From NCBI RefSeq assembly GCF_026210795.1, contig NC_089433.1, forward strand, positions 3,782,001-3,846,000: DNA of 64,000 nt, written 5' to 3'. This DNA comes from Rhizophagus irregularis. Its lineage: Eukaryota. The notes under the pieces were generated by a model that made no database searches, was not told the DNA's origin, and saw only the letters and a program-made list of their open reading frames with translations. Made by a program: the position numbers and the translations under genes. This document shows positions 1-13,515 of the stretch, piece after piece (position 1 is the first letter of the stretch; every line of letters starts with the position of its first letter).

Positions 1-939
1 AAGAAAGAAAATTTCTGTTAATATTTTATTTTCAAATAAAGAAAACTTTTGCAAAAGAACTTTTTTGATAAAAAAAATGTTAACTATTATGAGCGTTTTT
101 TGTCTGATAGAAACTAAATAGGTCTGGCACAGCAGTATTTATTATAGGGCCATACCATGAGCAGAGCAACATCATGGCAATATCCAATTTTCGTTAAAGC
201 AGATGAAGAATATGAAATAAGCAATATATATATATTTTAAGCGCTATTGAAGTGTAATCGATCTACACACTTATGCATGAAAATACAATCACGTGCAAAA
301 AGCCCTCCTAAGAATTAACGGTCATTGATATTTAAATTTACTCAATTTATGCTTATATAAAATTCAGTTATATAATTTGAAGGTTCTAATGCTCGAATAA
401 TTTGAATAGTTTGGCAATTTTGCTTAACAGTAAAATTCGTGATTTTTAAATTTACTAAAGACGCTTATTATTAAGTCTAATGAATTTTTAATTAAATCAA
501 TTATCGGTTCTTTCGGCCAATTTCAAAAAAATTTGATTCGAGATTAAAATCACTACAGTACAGACTGAAATTTTATAAATCACGAAATAATTGACGTTAA
601 ATACTAGCAAACATATCTGATATGGAAAAAAAGAGAAAGAGGAAATAAAAAGTGTATTCCATATTATTAGCATAATCCAGAATATTATTAAAGTTATTAA
701 TAAAGCAAAATTAATAAATGTGAAATTTTTTCCTTAATTTTTTTGATTATTACATAATAAATTTTTTAAAACAAATAATTTAAAAATATTTTTAAACCCA
801 TTTTAAGGAATTATGTCGACCATGAATTTCCCTTTATTTTAAATATAACAGCATTAAACTTATCATAAAATCTCTTATGAATGAAATTTGTTTCACCTCT
901 TATAAATAAAAACAAACGCGAATAATGATTATTATTACA

Positions 940-1480
940 TTTAATTGAAATACTTCATAATTTTCTATTGAAAAATCTTCTTCAGTATCTCTTATACTTC
1001 TTTCATAACGCAATTTTTTACAATAAGTTCTATCAAAAGCTGCAGATGGGTTATTGCTTATACAGGTATATATATTAAGATCGCTTCCATATTTTGGACC
1101 ATATACACTGCTATAATCTAACGCAGTTCTGCATCGATTACATTACTTAAAATTGCATTTTTAACATTGTTTTTCCCACTTGTCAGACATTTCTCATTCT
1201 AAAGGATTATATCCACCAAGAATTTCTTCATTTCCTTCTAAATTAATAAATGTAACTGTATTAGCTTTGCCATCACATAATTCATGAAATTTTTCAGGAG
1301 TAAATCCATCTCGACTTCCTCTTAATAATAATTTAAATTTATATGGTAAATATAATTTCTCATAATTATTATTGTTAATAACCACTTTATCAATCCATTT
1401 TGAAACCATTGTAACTATATTTAGATTAACAATTATTAAATCAACAATTCTTTCAATTTTAATATTTCTAGAGAGTGAAT
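940..1480 (-). pseudogene. 5'-truncated TLDc-only relic of the BTB-BACK-TLDc family
   Basis: ORF 1194-1409 carries LPYKFKLLLRGSRDGFTPEKFHELCD...GGYNPLE, then TGA where paralogs have TGG. The SFIFSFK segment is deleted. Downstream GPKYGSDL and YERSIRDTEEDFSIENYEVFQ are still recognisable. BTB and BACK are absent. Confidence 0.85.
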
Positions 1481-2149
1481 ATTTTAATTGGATTAGGCTT
1501 AATTAATCAGAATAGACTAGTTTTTAGAATATTTAAGAATGATTAAGAATAATTTCAAAGTAAAAAGTAATTATAACTAGTCATTGATTATTAATAAAAT
1601 TCTAAATAAAAAAGATTAAAATTTCTTAACTAATTAACTTTTTATATGCGAATTTTATTGTCCAATAAAAATTACTATGTAATTTCAGGGATTTCGTATA
1701 TACTGCATATCAATATATTAGATCACGTTATTTGTATTTTCTCGAATCAAATCAAAAATTATAAAATCATTTGATCTTGATATGAGAAAGATTCTAATTT
1801 TTTATTACAATATTTTAATTATGCTAATTTTTCATTATTAAAAACATGATTTTATTGAGAAATGTAAATACACAAAACACACACACATATTTTCTTTACA
1901 CGTAGGGACAAATTAATTGTATAATGAAATAAATCAATTTTAAATTAATCATTTATTTTCCGAAATTATTTTATTCAATGAGTAGAAAAAAGATAATTAG
2001 TTCATAGATTGTATCGACTGTTCAATTAAGCTAACTTAAAATGGATGTAATTGTTCATAATTCATCCCTATTCTATTTTTAATAAAAGTGAAGGCAAATT
2101 ACTGATGATAATTGCTAAAGAACCTGTGAATAATCTATAAACACAAGAA

Positions 2150-2967
2150 AATATTATTTATATGTCAACAGTACAGTAAGCAGTTGATAAGAAAATCAAA
2201 TTTATTGCCAATCTCTACAATCTGCGGTTTGTCTTACCAAGACCTTATAAAGTTTATTTCTAAGGTTCTAAATTTTCTTTTTGAATATTTTGAATAATTT
2301 AGGATGAACTAATAAAAATTTTGTAATTTTAGAGTTCACCTACTTATTCACTTTAGCTTGAGGTTCTAGTGAATTTAGCCAAACAAATTATCAGTTCGAG
2401 AAATTGTTGACTGATAAACCAAGGCCGAAATCTCATGTAAACCATGCAAAACTGAAATTATCATTAGTTTTAATGTCATTTATTTCTGGTGCGGAATTTG
2501 TTTAAACTTACAAAATACTCTCTCTCATTTATTTTCTATCAGAAAACGGTTGTCCTTGGACAACTTTTTCAGTTTCGGCTTCATATTCTACTTATACTAG
2601 TAATTGCAGTTACAGTTACTGTATATAGTTACCTGTAATTTGTACTGAAATTATTCTCTTTCAAAATATAAAATAAAAATAAATAAATGATTCGGGTGAA
2701 AAAAATTAGATTGACCAAGTATTAGGATTAGAACTAAATATTTCAATTTAATAATATTAAATAAAGGCCTGCATTTGACCTGGACCGAAATTCTTGTTTA
2801 TTCAAATATTTAAAATTTTTTTCTGTTTAAAAATTAAATAAAACAACAAATTTTTACAATTCACTATTTAAAATATAATCATTTTTCATGATAATAATAT
2901 TTAAAATAAATAATGTCAATAAAAAACTTATTTTCTTATTTACTTATTTGTTATTATTGAAAACTAA
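2150..2967. repeat. Diverged duplicate of the upstream region of gene A (about 7330-8105)
   Basis: Colinear shared blocks: tatttctggtg..tttgtttaaac, aagtattagga.tagaa.taaa.atttcaattta, ggaccg.aatt and atttgttattattgaaaactaa occur in both regions. Confidence 0.7.
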
Positions 2968-3314
2968 TATGAATTATAAATCAAAATACAATAAAAATTA
3001 TAGAAGATATTTCATTATGCTCAATTTTATTTCATTTTCCACATATGTAATCTTTTTTAGCATCATTTTCACCACATTTTTGGTTTTCTTTATTAATAAA
3101 TAAAAGTCAAACTAAAAAGAAAATTTGCGTTCATTTATTCAATATTTATTTTATCCCAATTAATTAAATAAATAACTTAATTAAAAAGAGTATGGTAAGA
3201 ATTTGCTAAAAAGAGAAAAGGAAAAATATTGTAATTAATTTTTCAAATTTTTTAATGAAAATCTTCTACTTTCTCATCAGACAATTAATGATTAAGTATT
3301 ACGGCCTTGCCACA

Positions 3315-3610
3315 AGGGACTTCCTAAGAAGCGCACTATGCTCCTCCCATGAAAATTACGCATAGCACCATGCCGTACCACAACCAACTGGTCCTATCGC
3401 AGGACTGCAGCGAAAACTGGTACCCACGAGCTTACTAAAAATAAGCGTCTATGCTCCAACCCTTTCGCATAGTACTATACCACTCCAAAAAAAATCCCAA
3501 CCAGCCCTACTGTGAGACTGCAGCAAAGCTGGTACTCACAGGCTTACAAAGTAAGCATGCTATGCTCCCACCCATGCATAGCATCATGCTGCTCCAACGT
3601 AAGTACCCAA
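3315..3610. repeat. GC-richer degenerate tandem repeat, about 110-bp unit, about 3 copies
   Basis: gactgcagc.aaa.ctggtac.cac..gcttac..aa.taagc..ctatgctcc...gcatag repeats near 3404 and 3517, with a partial unit near 3330. Confidence 0.6.
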
Positions 3611-3664
3611 TAAACTTACCTTTGACCTACTCACCCACACATAGAATTTAAACCATTTCTAAGA

Positions 3665-4130
3665 AATACTGAAAAAAGAAGAGAAGACCCAGAAAAAAGC
3701 GGAATCCTAAAAAAGAGACCTAGAAAAAAAGAGAAGACAAAACTTGAGTAATACGTTTTACACATGTATTGTCCAAAAATAAATTATAAATTATAATTAT
3801 AAATATCATGTGATTTCATTATACAAAGAAAGAAAAAAAGCAGAGTCCTAAAAAAGAGAAGACCGAAAAAGAGCTAGAAAAAAAAGAAAATCAAAGGTAA
3901 AAAAAGCAGAGTCCTAAAAAAAAGAAAAGACCAAGTTAACGAAATAAGTTAGTCGGGAGGCCTCACTTGTGCAATAAACTATACTGCTCCTAAGACAAAT
4001 ACGAAAAGCTTGAAAGAAAAAAATGAGCCTAAAAAAAAAGCAACCATAAAAAAAAGCAAAGCCCTAAAAGAAGACGAAACTTGAAGAAAGAAAAAAGTAA
4101 GACCGAAAAAAAAAGATGCTAAAAAAAATA
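3665..4130. repeat. A-rich degenerate repeat tract
   Basis: Recurrent aaaaaaagc(a/g)ga(g/a)tcctaaaaaagaga(a)gacc and gaagac.aaacttga motifs. Confidence 0.55.
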
Positions 4131-5716
4131 TATACTTTTTATATATTATTTTTTGTTATACAAACTTTTATAAATCGACTACTTTCAGATCTTCCCTTAA
4201 TACTCTTAATACACGTGGAAACGCGAAAAACGCGAAAATAATCTATAAGTCTATTAAATAAATCAAATAAATCAATGATTACTGCGCCCGTCTTGATCAC
4301 AATACTTATGAGTAAAAATTGAAAGCTGATGTCATTTTTCATTTGAAATCTGTCCTTGTGACTACATTTTGGATTTGTAATAAAGAAAATGAGTCATCAT
4401 GATGTCAAAATCGTGATCTAGAAGAAATACACAGGAGTTGGCTGAGTTGGCTTTAAAAGTTGATTACAAACAGAATATCCACGACGGCTTGGTAATTTAT
4501 CGAAAGAATAATTATATTTATAATATATCACAATTTTAATTAGTTAATTAGAACATGTATTTAAACGTATTTATTAATGATCTGTATCTGGTAATGATAA
4601 ATGTATTTTTCATAGATCATTACGTAATAAACAAATTCAACCTCGCTACGAATTTTTGTTAATAATATAAAAACATAATTGTTTCATTGTTAATATATAA
4701 GTACTGTACATTATTGTTCATTAATATAATAAATATATTATTCACAATTTTTTGTTAATTAAATAAATACACCATTATCTATAAATACACTCTATACTCT
4801 GTTTTAATTTAATTAAATAAATTCACTTTTTTTTTTAAAAGGAATAACGAATATAGTGTTTTTTTTTGTTTATTTGTTTCCGATACCCAATAAGCTATTC
4901 GGGGAGTGGACTTTTGTCCTTAAAATGTATATTTCATTGGAGAAATATTTTCTGAAATGAGTCCAAAATCTATTTTTTTACCGTAAATCTTGCGTGTTTT
5001 GCGGAGAGGGTCTGACGGAGGCAAGATCAGTTTTTCTAATATATTCTTTTATTAGGAGAAACAGGTGGTAATTGATTAAGCTCGTTGTCAGTAGGGTTGA
5101 GGTTATTATCCATTTGTAATTTCGGTGGAAAAGTAAAAAAGAGCGGGAGTATTTATGTTAAAAATTTAAAACTAACCGAACAATTATTTATATTTGGGTA
5201 TTTTAAATTTTTTCTTATCTTTTAGAAAATATCAAGAGTTACTGAATCAGTGTATCTATAATGTGAACATTGTAATCGAGCACATTGATGCATTTGGGAC
5301 AACATCGAATATAATGAATAAATTATAATTAGAAAAAAATGATTACTAAATTACGTTTACATGTAATGCCCAGTTAAATTAGAAATTATGTACCGCAACA
5401 TTGACCTGGGTAGTAAGTTAAATTTCGGCCGGAATTTAATAGGAAATTCGGTCAGAATTAATGAAATCCGAAGAATTGTATCTACCAAAAATTTCCCTAA
5501 AAGTATCATTACTATCACATCTTATATACTGTTAATGAGAATTTGGTTTTACCTTTAACAAATGTACCAAAAAAACGATTGATAATCGTTAAGCAAGTAT
5601 AAGATTTTATTTATTCTAACTTGATATAAAAAATAAAATAAATCTTATTTGCGTATAAACAAACCTCGACAAACCATCTAGTTATTTGACAACAAATAAT
5701 TATATTACTATTACAC

Positions 5717-7259
5717 TTATCTCCTTATGATTTGAAATACTTCATAATCTTCTATTGAAAAATAATCTTCAGTATCTCTAATATTTCTTTCGTAACGCAC
5801 TTTTTTACAATAAGTTACATTAAAAACTTTAGATACGTCATTTGATCTATTGTTTCTATTGGTACAGGTAAATATGTTAAGATCGCTTCCAAATTTTGGA
5901 CCACATGTACTGCTATAATCTAACGCACGATTCGCATCTATCACATTACTTAAAGTTGCATTTTTAACATTCTTATCTTTAAAAGAAAAAATAAAACTAT
6001 CTTCAGTTTTTCCCCAACTGTTAGTAGTTTCCCATTCTAAAGGATTATATCCACCAAGAATTTCTTCAGTTTCATTTACTTTAATAAATGTAACAGTATT
6101 AGGTATACCATCACATAATTCATGAAATTTTTTTGGAGTAAATCCATCCCGGCTTCCCTTTAATAATAGTTTAAATTTGTATGGTAAATATAATTCTCTT
6201 AAATGATTATATTTGCTATTATTGATAATAACTGTTTTATCAATCCATTTTGAAACCATTGAAACTATATCTAAATTAACAATTTTTGAATCAATAATTT
6301 TTTCAATTTTAATATTTCTAGGAGGTGAAATGTTATTGACTGGTTCACTATCAGGATTCATATGAGAATTTACTATATTTTCATAGAGTTGATTATTTAA
6401 AAGTTTTTTATAAGGACGAACTTTTTGTAAGAATTCTTTAGATGATAAACTAAAAAATCTAATTGAAGGTAAAATATGTTGTAGAGTAATTTTCATTTTT
6501 TTGAAATCATCATCTGACCAAATACTAGGATCTGGAATAAGATTTGGATTTTGTTTAAGACCCCATTTTAAGACATGTTCCCATACTTCAATTTCGTTCA
6601 TTTGTAAATCATCTCTTTTAATAAGTGAAACTAAAGATGTTTCAGAAAGTGAAGTGAAATCAAAAGACTTGAATATTTTTTCAGGTGATAGGGTCATTAA
6701 ATTTGTACAAAATTCTTGAAGTACTACTAAATTACTAGATTTCGAACTAATTTGTTGAGTAAATCCAAAATGTTGTTCCATCCACTCTGACTCATTTTCA
6801 ATTAAATAATTTTGTAAATAATCAACTAGTTCTTGAAGATGAAGTTCATCTGCGGCGGCCAAAACCTTAATAAAGTCTGAAGCGTCGTTCACATTTAACG
6901 AAAGAATACCACCATAAATATACCTATATTACAAAAATATATATTAGAAATTGTATATTATCCGTTTTTAGAGTATATTGACATTTTATAACTTACTCTA
7001 AAATTATTTGAAATATTTCCGATGATATATCAGGTAATCTGATATGAACTAAATCATTAGTATTATTATTCCTGTTCCTGTTATTGGAAGCTAAAATTCG
7101 TCGTAAATATGGAGAACGGTAACACACAACATTCTTATGAGCACGAAATATTTTTACGTTAGGGTCTTCACCAACTTCAATAGTAATATCATAATATTCA
7201 TCATCTTTTAATAATTCAATGTAATTTTGACTTAATTTCGTGTAAAATTCAATAGACAT
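5717..7259 (-). CDS. BTB/POZ-BACK-TLDc protein, gene A (exons 7259-6997 and 6923-5717; 489 aa)
   Basis: BTB (YYDITIEVGEDPNVKIFRAH...RSPYLRRIL), GA|GTAAGT donor, TAG|G acceptor giving ILE-YIYGG, BACK (RDDLQMNEIEVWEHVLKWG), TLDc (GSRDGF..KKFHELCD, GGYNP, SFIFSF, GPKFG, IEDYEVF). Spliced length 1470 nt, in frame. Confidence 0.93.
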
Positions 7260-8379
7260 TTTTGTTAAAAGAAAAAAGTTTTAATTGTGGAAGGACAATA
7301 TTTATATTTATTTCACATGCTATTGTTGTACAATGTTAAACTTGTTAATTCGTTACACCAATCTGCACAATTTGTGGCTTGTCTTACTGTACTAAGATCG
7401 CTATTCAAATTCGTTACGAGATATTATGGAATATAAAGTTTCTTCCTAAGGCTCTCGAATCATAATGTAAGCTATGTAAAATGAAGTTAGCTGTTTTTGT
7501 GCGACGATAGTTTGAGTGGATAATAAATTGGAGAATCAAAGATTATTTTCGTTACTATTTAGTTGTTATATCTTTTATTTCTGGTGACGATTTTGTTTAA
7601 ACGTGTAGATTAGGCAACTATTTGTCCCGGGAAACCTTTTCTGTTTCGTTCCATAATCACAGCTATATAGTTGCCTACAGTTTGTACGTATTAAAATTCT
7701 TTTCTTCCAAGTTGTAATAATAAAAATGAATAGATGGTTCGAGTGAAAGAATTTAGGGTATTTCTGGCTAAGTATTAGGAATAGAATTAAAGATTTCAAT
7801 TTATTTTTGAATAATAATACTAAATAGGGGTTTGCCATTTTTGAAACCGGGCCCGGACCGGAATTTTTGATCATTTAAAGATTTTAATATTCTAGTAATA
7901 TATTTAAATTTTATTATTTTAATTTTTTATGGTGATTTAAAAATTGGAAAAAAAATTATTTCGTTTTATGATTTATATAATTAAAGTAACAAATTTAACA
8001 AATTTAACAGTAAAAATGATCACTTATCACAATAAACATTGTAACATTTAAAAAAATAGCAAAAACTATATTCTCATTTACTCATTTGTTATTATTGAAA
8101 ACTAAAGTACCGTAACATTTACCTGGTAAGTTAAATTTCAGCCGGAATTTAATAGAAAGATTGGCCAGAATTAATGAAATCCAAGTTTACACTCTGAAGT
8201 TCCAGCCCGTTGTAGGCTTCTATATGACTAAAAAAAATTTGGATTGGTATCCCATATTTATTATGGTTAGAATTATTTGATTGTACTAATGAAATTTTAA
8301 TAACTTTTAACAAAAAAAAAGGCTTAGTTGTATTACTAATAATTTTCATTCTCGGCCCATCTTCGCAGAATATTTTAGG

Positions 8380-8720
8380 TCGTAGACCAATCATTTTATT
8401 TTTTTTTAGTTCTTTGTGTTTAGACTTTAGACCAAAAATATTTTTTTTCTTAAATATTTTTTTTTCGGTCTTTTTAGAGCCAAATTTTTTTATATTATTT
8501 TCTTTTTGGTCTTTTTAAACCGATTTTTTTATTCAATTTATTATTTCTTTTAGACCTTTTTTTATTATTATTTTTTCGATCTTTTTAGACCAAATTTTTT
8601 TTTATATTATTATTTTCAGTCTTTTTAGACCGAATTATTTTTTTTTGTGTTTAGATCGAAAATACTTTTTTTTAATACCTTTTTTTTACCAGTTCTTACT
8701 TCTTACAGACTGAAATTTTG
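8380..8720. repeat. Degenerate about 40-bp tandem repeat (T-run + (g)gtctttttagacc(a/g)aa)
   Basis: About 8 imperfect units containing tttagac/tttagag separated by T-rich runs. Confidence 0.65.
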
Positions 8721-8849
8721 ATTTGGATAATGCTTAAAAATAATTTCTTTTTATTTTTATTTTTTTCTTGTTTTATTGTTCATTTTTTATTGTAATTTTT
8801 TTTCTTTGATTATCTCCATCTTCTAACATAAGTTGCAGTATTATATAGA

Positions 8850-9480
8850 TATAAAGGATAAGATGATTTTGAAAAAAAAAAATGTTTAATGATAATGAAT
8901 GCGAAAAGATCAAATAAGGTTAGCATTTTATGATTTAAAAATAATAGCAGATGGCAGATAGTGATAGTATTGGCGATCACAATATGTCTAAAAGGGAATT
9001 AAAGTTAACATCTATGTTGATAATTTAAGTGTAGTGTCAACTTGGAATAATTTATTGACAAATAAAAAAGAAGATATGAAACATTTAAACGTATATATAT
9101 GATATATATGAAAATAGATATAAAAAAAATATTATAATATGAATATATATTTATAATATAAAAGGAAACGAGGTTGCAGACAGATCAGCAAAGCTAAGTA
9201 CATAAGTGTTATATTGGAATGGCTATCTGTATTACAAAGAAGAATACGTGAAAAAATGTTATTTACTGGAATTAATATAAATAGTGATGAAGTGAATAAT
9301 GCACCTAGCTATAAAATTAAAAACTTATCAACGTTAGATAATTTAAATAAAAGTAAACCTCATTTATATAAAGAAATTTTATGTACAAGATTTAAATAGA
9401 TCAAAGAAAACTGGAAACAAGTGCGGATAATATAATATATTTGATAGATGTATTAATAGAAAGGCACGTGTAAAAATATA
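8850..9480 (+). mobile_element. Possible decayed LINE (RNase H end) relic
   Basis: Near 9164 reads GNEVADRSAKL, resembling the GNE.AD.LAK RNase H C-terminal motif; the surrounding frames are broken. Confidence 0.3.
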
Positions 9481-9982
9481 CAAATTACCTAATTAATATT
9501 ATGTAATAACTAATTTTCTTAAACCAGAAATTTTATCATTGATTTATCCTGATTCAATGCAGCTCATTATAATTTATTATTAATCTATAGCTTATAAAAA
9601 TTACAATTTCATATTATCAATGATATCAATGATATGGAAAACTTTCTTTTTTTTAAAAAAAAAACGTTAATAGTTATAACACATTAATATTGTCTGTATT
9701 TACTCATCGTAACAATGATATAAATTATGACTAATCGGTTTTAAACCGGTTTTATCATAACCGGTTCTACAATCGCGTTGTAAAAAGTGTTTATGCATTA
9801 ATCACGTAAAATATTTAACTCGTACGATTCATTAAAAACATGACATAATGAGTCATTAATGAAGACTAATGACAAACAAAAAATTTTTCATTTATATACA
9901 CATTTCTCTCACGCTTATTATTTTCTCTTTCACTTTTACAAAACGAAAAGTTATTAAACTAAAAATTATCGTAAAAAAAACC

Positions 9983-10891
9983 ATGGGTGGACATCTTTCA
10001 AAGCCAATTGAAGATAAAAACACTACTGAAGGTATCTTTCAACAACATGACTTAATATATGTTACTTCATCAATGCAAGGTTGGCGAGAAACTATGGAAG
10101 ATAAGCATACTGTTGAGTGTAATATTCCTGAATTTCCTGATTATAGTTTTTTTGGAGTTTATGATGGACATCAAGGAAAACATACTTCTGAATATCTCAG
10201 TAAAAACTTGCATCTTAATATTTTCAAAAAAATTCATGAAATTGGTGAAGAAAATATTGAAGAAGCTATAAAAGATGCTTTTATGCAAACAGATGATGAT
10301 TGGAAAGATGAAAGTTCAAACTATTCTTTTAAGTGCAATGATGGTAGTACTGCAGTAGTAACTGTGATAACTCCAAACAAAATTGTCTATGTTGGAAATG
10401 CTGGAGACTCACGTGCTGTTATGAGCGTTGGCGGTTTAGCAATACCCTTATCTGAAGATCATAAACCCAATATTGCTAGAGAATCTCAAAGAATAATTCA
10501 AGCAGGAAGTTCCCCAGGAGAATATAATGTGTCCCGTGCTTTCGGTGACTTTAAAAGGTGTAAGAATAATCCTGATAAAGGACCAAAAGAACAAATTTTC
10601 ATTGCTTACCCTGATGTGATGTCCCATAAAGTCGATACAGATACTGATTTCTTAGTCTTAGCATGTGATGGAATCTGGGATTGCATGTCATCTAAAGATG
10701 TCATCAATTTCATCAATAAGGATATTAAAATAAATAAAGATCTGAGTAAAGCTTGTGAAAATTTAATGAATAGGTGTTTAGAACTTGGTAGCACAGATAA
10801 TATGACAGTAATCATTATAGGCTTTTTACATGGTTTGGATAAGGAAAAATGGATGGAAAGAATTGGTTCTAGATGTGTAGAAGAAAATTAA
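9983..10891 (+). CDS. PP2C/PPM protein phosphatase, Ptc2/Ptc3-like, intronless (302 aa from MGGHLSKP)
   Basis: Motifs SMQGWRETMED, FFGVYDGHQG, GSTA, NAGDSRAV, SEDHKP, SRAFGD, LACDGIWD, DNMTVIII. The ATG at 9983 gives an MGxxLSxP start like Ptc2/3; the ORF-track extension from 9869 looks like AT-rich 5' sequence. Confidence 0.92.
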   Translation: MGGHLSKPIEDKNTTEGIFQQHDLIYVTSSMQGWRETMEDKHTVECNIPEFPDYSFFGVYDGHQGKHTSEYLSKNLHLNIFKKIHEIGEENIEEAIKDAFMQTDDDWKDESSNYSFKCNDGSTAVVTVITPNKIVYVGNAGDSRAVMSVGGLAIPLSEDHKPNIARESQRIIQAGSSPGEYNVSRAFGDFKRCKNNPDKGPKEQIFIAYPDVMSHKVDTDTDFLVLACDGIWDCMSSKDVINFINKDIKINKDLSKACENLMNRCLELGSTDNMTVIIIGFLHGLDKEKWMERIGSRCVEEN

Positions 10892-11507
10892 ATATTAGAC
10901 CAGTTAGGACAAAACAAATAACTAGGATTAACTATGCTGTATAATAAATAAAATTATAAATGAAACAAGTTAATATTTTTTTTGTATGTGATGCTTATCT
11001 TTCAAGTATTTTTTTTAAAAAAAAGATTTCTAAGATAAAAAGCTTTAATTCTTTTTTTTTAGCTAATGTTCATATGAATGTCGAAGATCTTGTCTTTGTA
11101 TTTACCACCAATTTAGGATTGTTTTTATTAACATTTATTTATAAATTTCTTTAGAACATACTAAATATTTCGGGTAATCTATTGGATATTAGATGATAAA
11201 ATTTTAGTATTTACCATAAATGACGTTTTATTTCACTAATCCAATATTTTTAAAAGAATTATATCTACCAAAAATTTCCCTAAAATGTATCATTAATTCA
11301 TTATTATCGCATCTTACATGTACATACATACTGTTATTAATGAAAATATGATTTTATCCTTAAAAAACGTTAAGAAAGTATAGTAGTAGCATAGTATTTT
11401 ATTTATTTCATTCAGATTTCAGACTTGATAAAATAATATAATTTGTATATAAATAAAACTCGTAAAACTACCTAATTGTTTGGCAACTAATTACATTACT
11501 ATTACAT

Positions 11508-13067
11508 TTACCTCCTTATGATTTTAAATACTTCATAATCTTCTATTGAAAAGTCATTTTCATTATCTCTTATTCTTTTTTCATAATAGTTCCTTTTGCA
11601 GTAAATTACACTAAAATTAAAATTTGCACATTCATTTATATTAAAAAAACTAGAAGAATTTACGGTAAGATCTGGGCCAAATTGTGGACCACACAAAGTA
11701 CTATAATCTAATGCACGAGTTGCATCTATTACATTACTTAAAATTGCATCCTTAATATTCCTATTTTTAAAAGAGAAAATAAAGCTATCTTCAGTTTTAC
11801 CATAACTATTGGTAGATTCCCATTTTAAAGGATTATATCCACCAAGGATTTCTTCATTTCCTTTTACTTTAATAAATGTAACTGTATTATCTTTGTTATC
11901 ACATAATTCATGAAATTTTTTTGGAGTAAATCCATCTCGACTTCCTCTTAATAATAATTCAAATTTATATGGTAAATACGGTTTCTTATAATTATCATCA
12001 TTAATAGACATTTTATCAACCCATTTTGAAACAGTTGAAATAATATTAGAATCAATAATTTGTGAATCAATAATTTGTGAATCATCAAATTTAATTTCTT
12101 TAATCTTGAATTTTCTTGGACGTAAAATGTTGTCATTTAAAACACTACCAGGATCCAAATAAGAATTTAACAATTCTTCATAGAGTTGTTGATCCAAAAG
12201 TTTATGATATGGTCGAATTTTTTGTGAGAATTCCCTGGATGTTAAACTGAAAAATCTAATTAAAGGTAAACAGTGTTGTAAGATATTTTTCATCGTTTTG
12301 TAATCATCATCTGACCAAGTTTTAGGATCTGGAATAAGATTTGGATTTTTTGCAAGACCCCATTTTAATACATGCTCCCAAATTTCAACTTCTTTCATTT
12401 GTAAATCATCTCTTTTAATAAGTGAAATTAAAAACTTTTCAGAAAGTGAAATAAAATCAAATGATTTAAGAATTTTATCAGGGGATTGAACCATTAAATT
12501 TGTACAAAATTCTTGAAGTACTAATAAATTATTAGATTGCGAACTAATTTGTTGTGTAAACCCAAAATGTTGTTCTATCCACTCTGACTTATTTTCAACT
12601 AAATATTTTTGTAAATAATCAACTAAGTCTTGAAGATGAAGGTTATCTGCGGCGACCAAAACTTTAAGAAAGTCAGAAGTGTCATTCATATTTAACGGAA
12701 GAATACCACCATAAATATACCTATATTACAAAAGTATAATAAATATTAGAAATTGTATATTATCCGTTTTATAGTATATTAGTATATTAGTTGTCATATT
12801 TATAACTTACTCTAAAATTATTTGAAATATTTCCGATGATATATTTGGTAACCTGATATGAACTAAATCATTAGTATTATTGTTCCTGTTATTGGAATCT
12901 AAAATTCGTCGTAAATATGGAGAACGGTAACATAAAATATTCTTATGAGTACGAAATATTTTTACGTTAGGGTCTTCACCAACTTCAATTGTTGTATCAT
13001 AATATTTATCATCTTTCAATAATTCAAGGTAATTTTGACTTAATTTTGTAAAAAATTGAGTAGACAT
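11508..13067 (-). CDS. BTB/POZ-BACK-TLDc protein, gene B (exons 13067-12811 and 12720-11508; 489 aa)
   Basis: Same domain motifs as gene A; 90-bp GT-AG phase-2 intron 12721-12810; open spliced frame. Confidence 0.93.
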
Positions 13068-13245
13068 TTTTTTTTAAAAGAATAAGGTTTTAATTTGTGA
13101 GAGGTCAAAATAACTAAATTTATAATTATTTTATAAACTAACCAATTTGATGATGTACTACGTTAAATTGTTGCACAACCTACGACTTGTCTCACCAAGA
13201 TTAGTCATTTTCAAATGATTGATTTTTGATTTTTTAGACGCTGAT

Positions 13246-13515
13246 TAGTCTGTTCCAACTTGATAACTTGATTGTTTGTTTAACGTACTCCACTCCCTCT
13301 ATTTTTTTTAAAAAATCTAAATTTTGATAAACATATAATGACATATGTTTCAATTATATGTCCCTCTAAATTTAATTACAATTTTCTGAAATTTTCCGAG
13401 TTTTCCCAAAATTTCCAAAGTTTTATTATATTTATTTCATCTAGTTTTTTTAATGAACCCCGAAATTTTCAGGAAATCTGGACGTTAAACAAACAATCAA
13501 GTTGGAACGACCCTA
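13246..13515. mobile_element. MITE-like element with terminal inverted repeats
   Basis: gttccaacttga(taacttga)ttgtttgtttaacgt at 13252-13286 is the inverted copy of acgttaaacaaacaatcaagttggaac at 13482-13508. Non-coding interior. Confidence 0.55.

Noticed and set aside
6993..7259. Separate small BTB genes upstream of each large ORF, resembling a two-gene toxin-antitoxin-like module
   Set aside because: The apparent stop lies within the GTAAGT/GTGAGT donor; splicing restores one continuous BTB domain in frame for every copy.
9869..9982. Hydrophobic N-terminal extension or signal peptide on the PP2C
   Set aside because: Low-complexity AT-rich sequence; the downstream MGGHLSKP matches the conserved Ptc2/3 start in an A-rich context.
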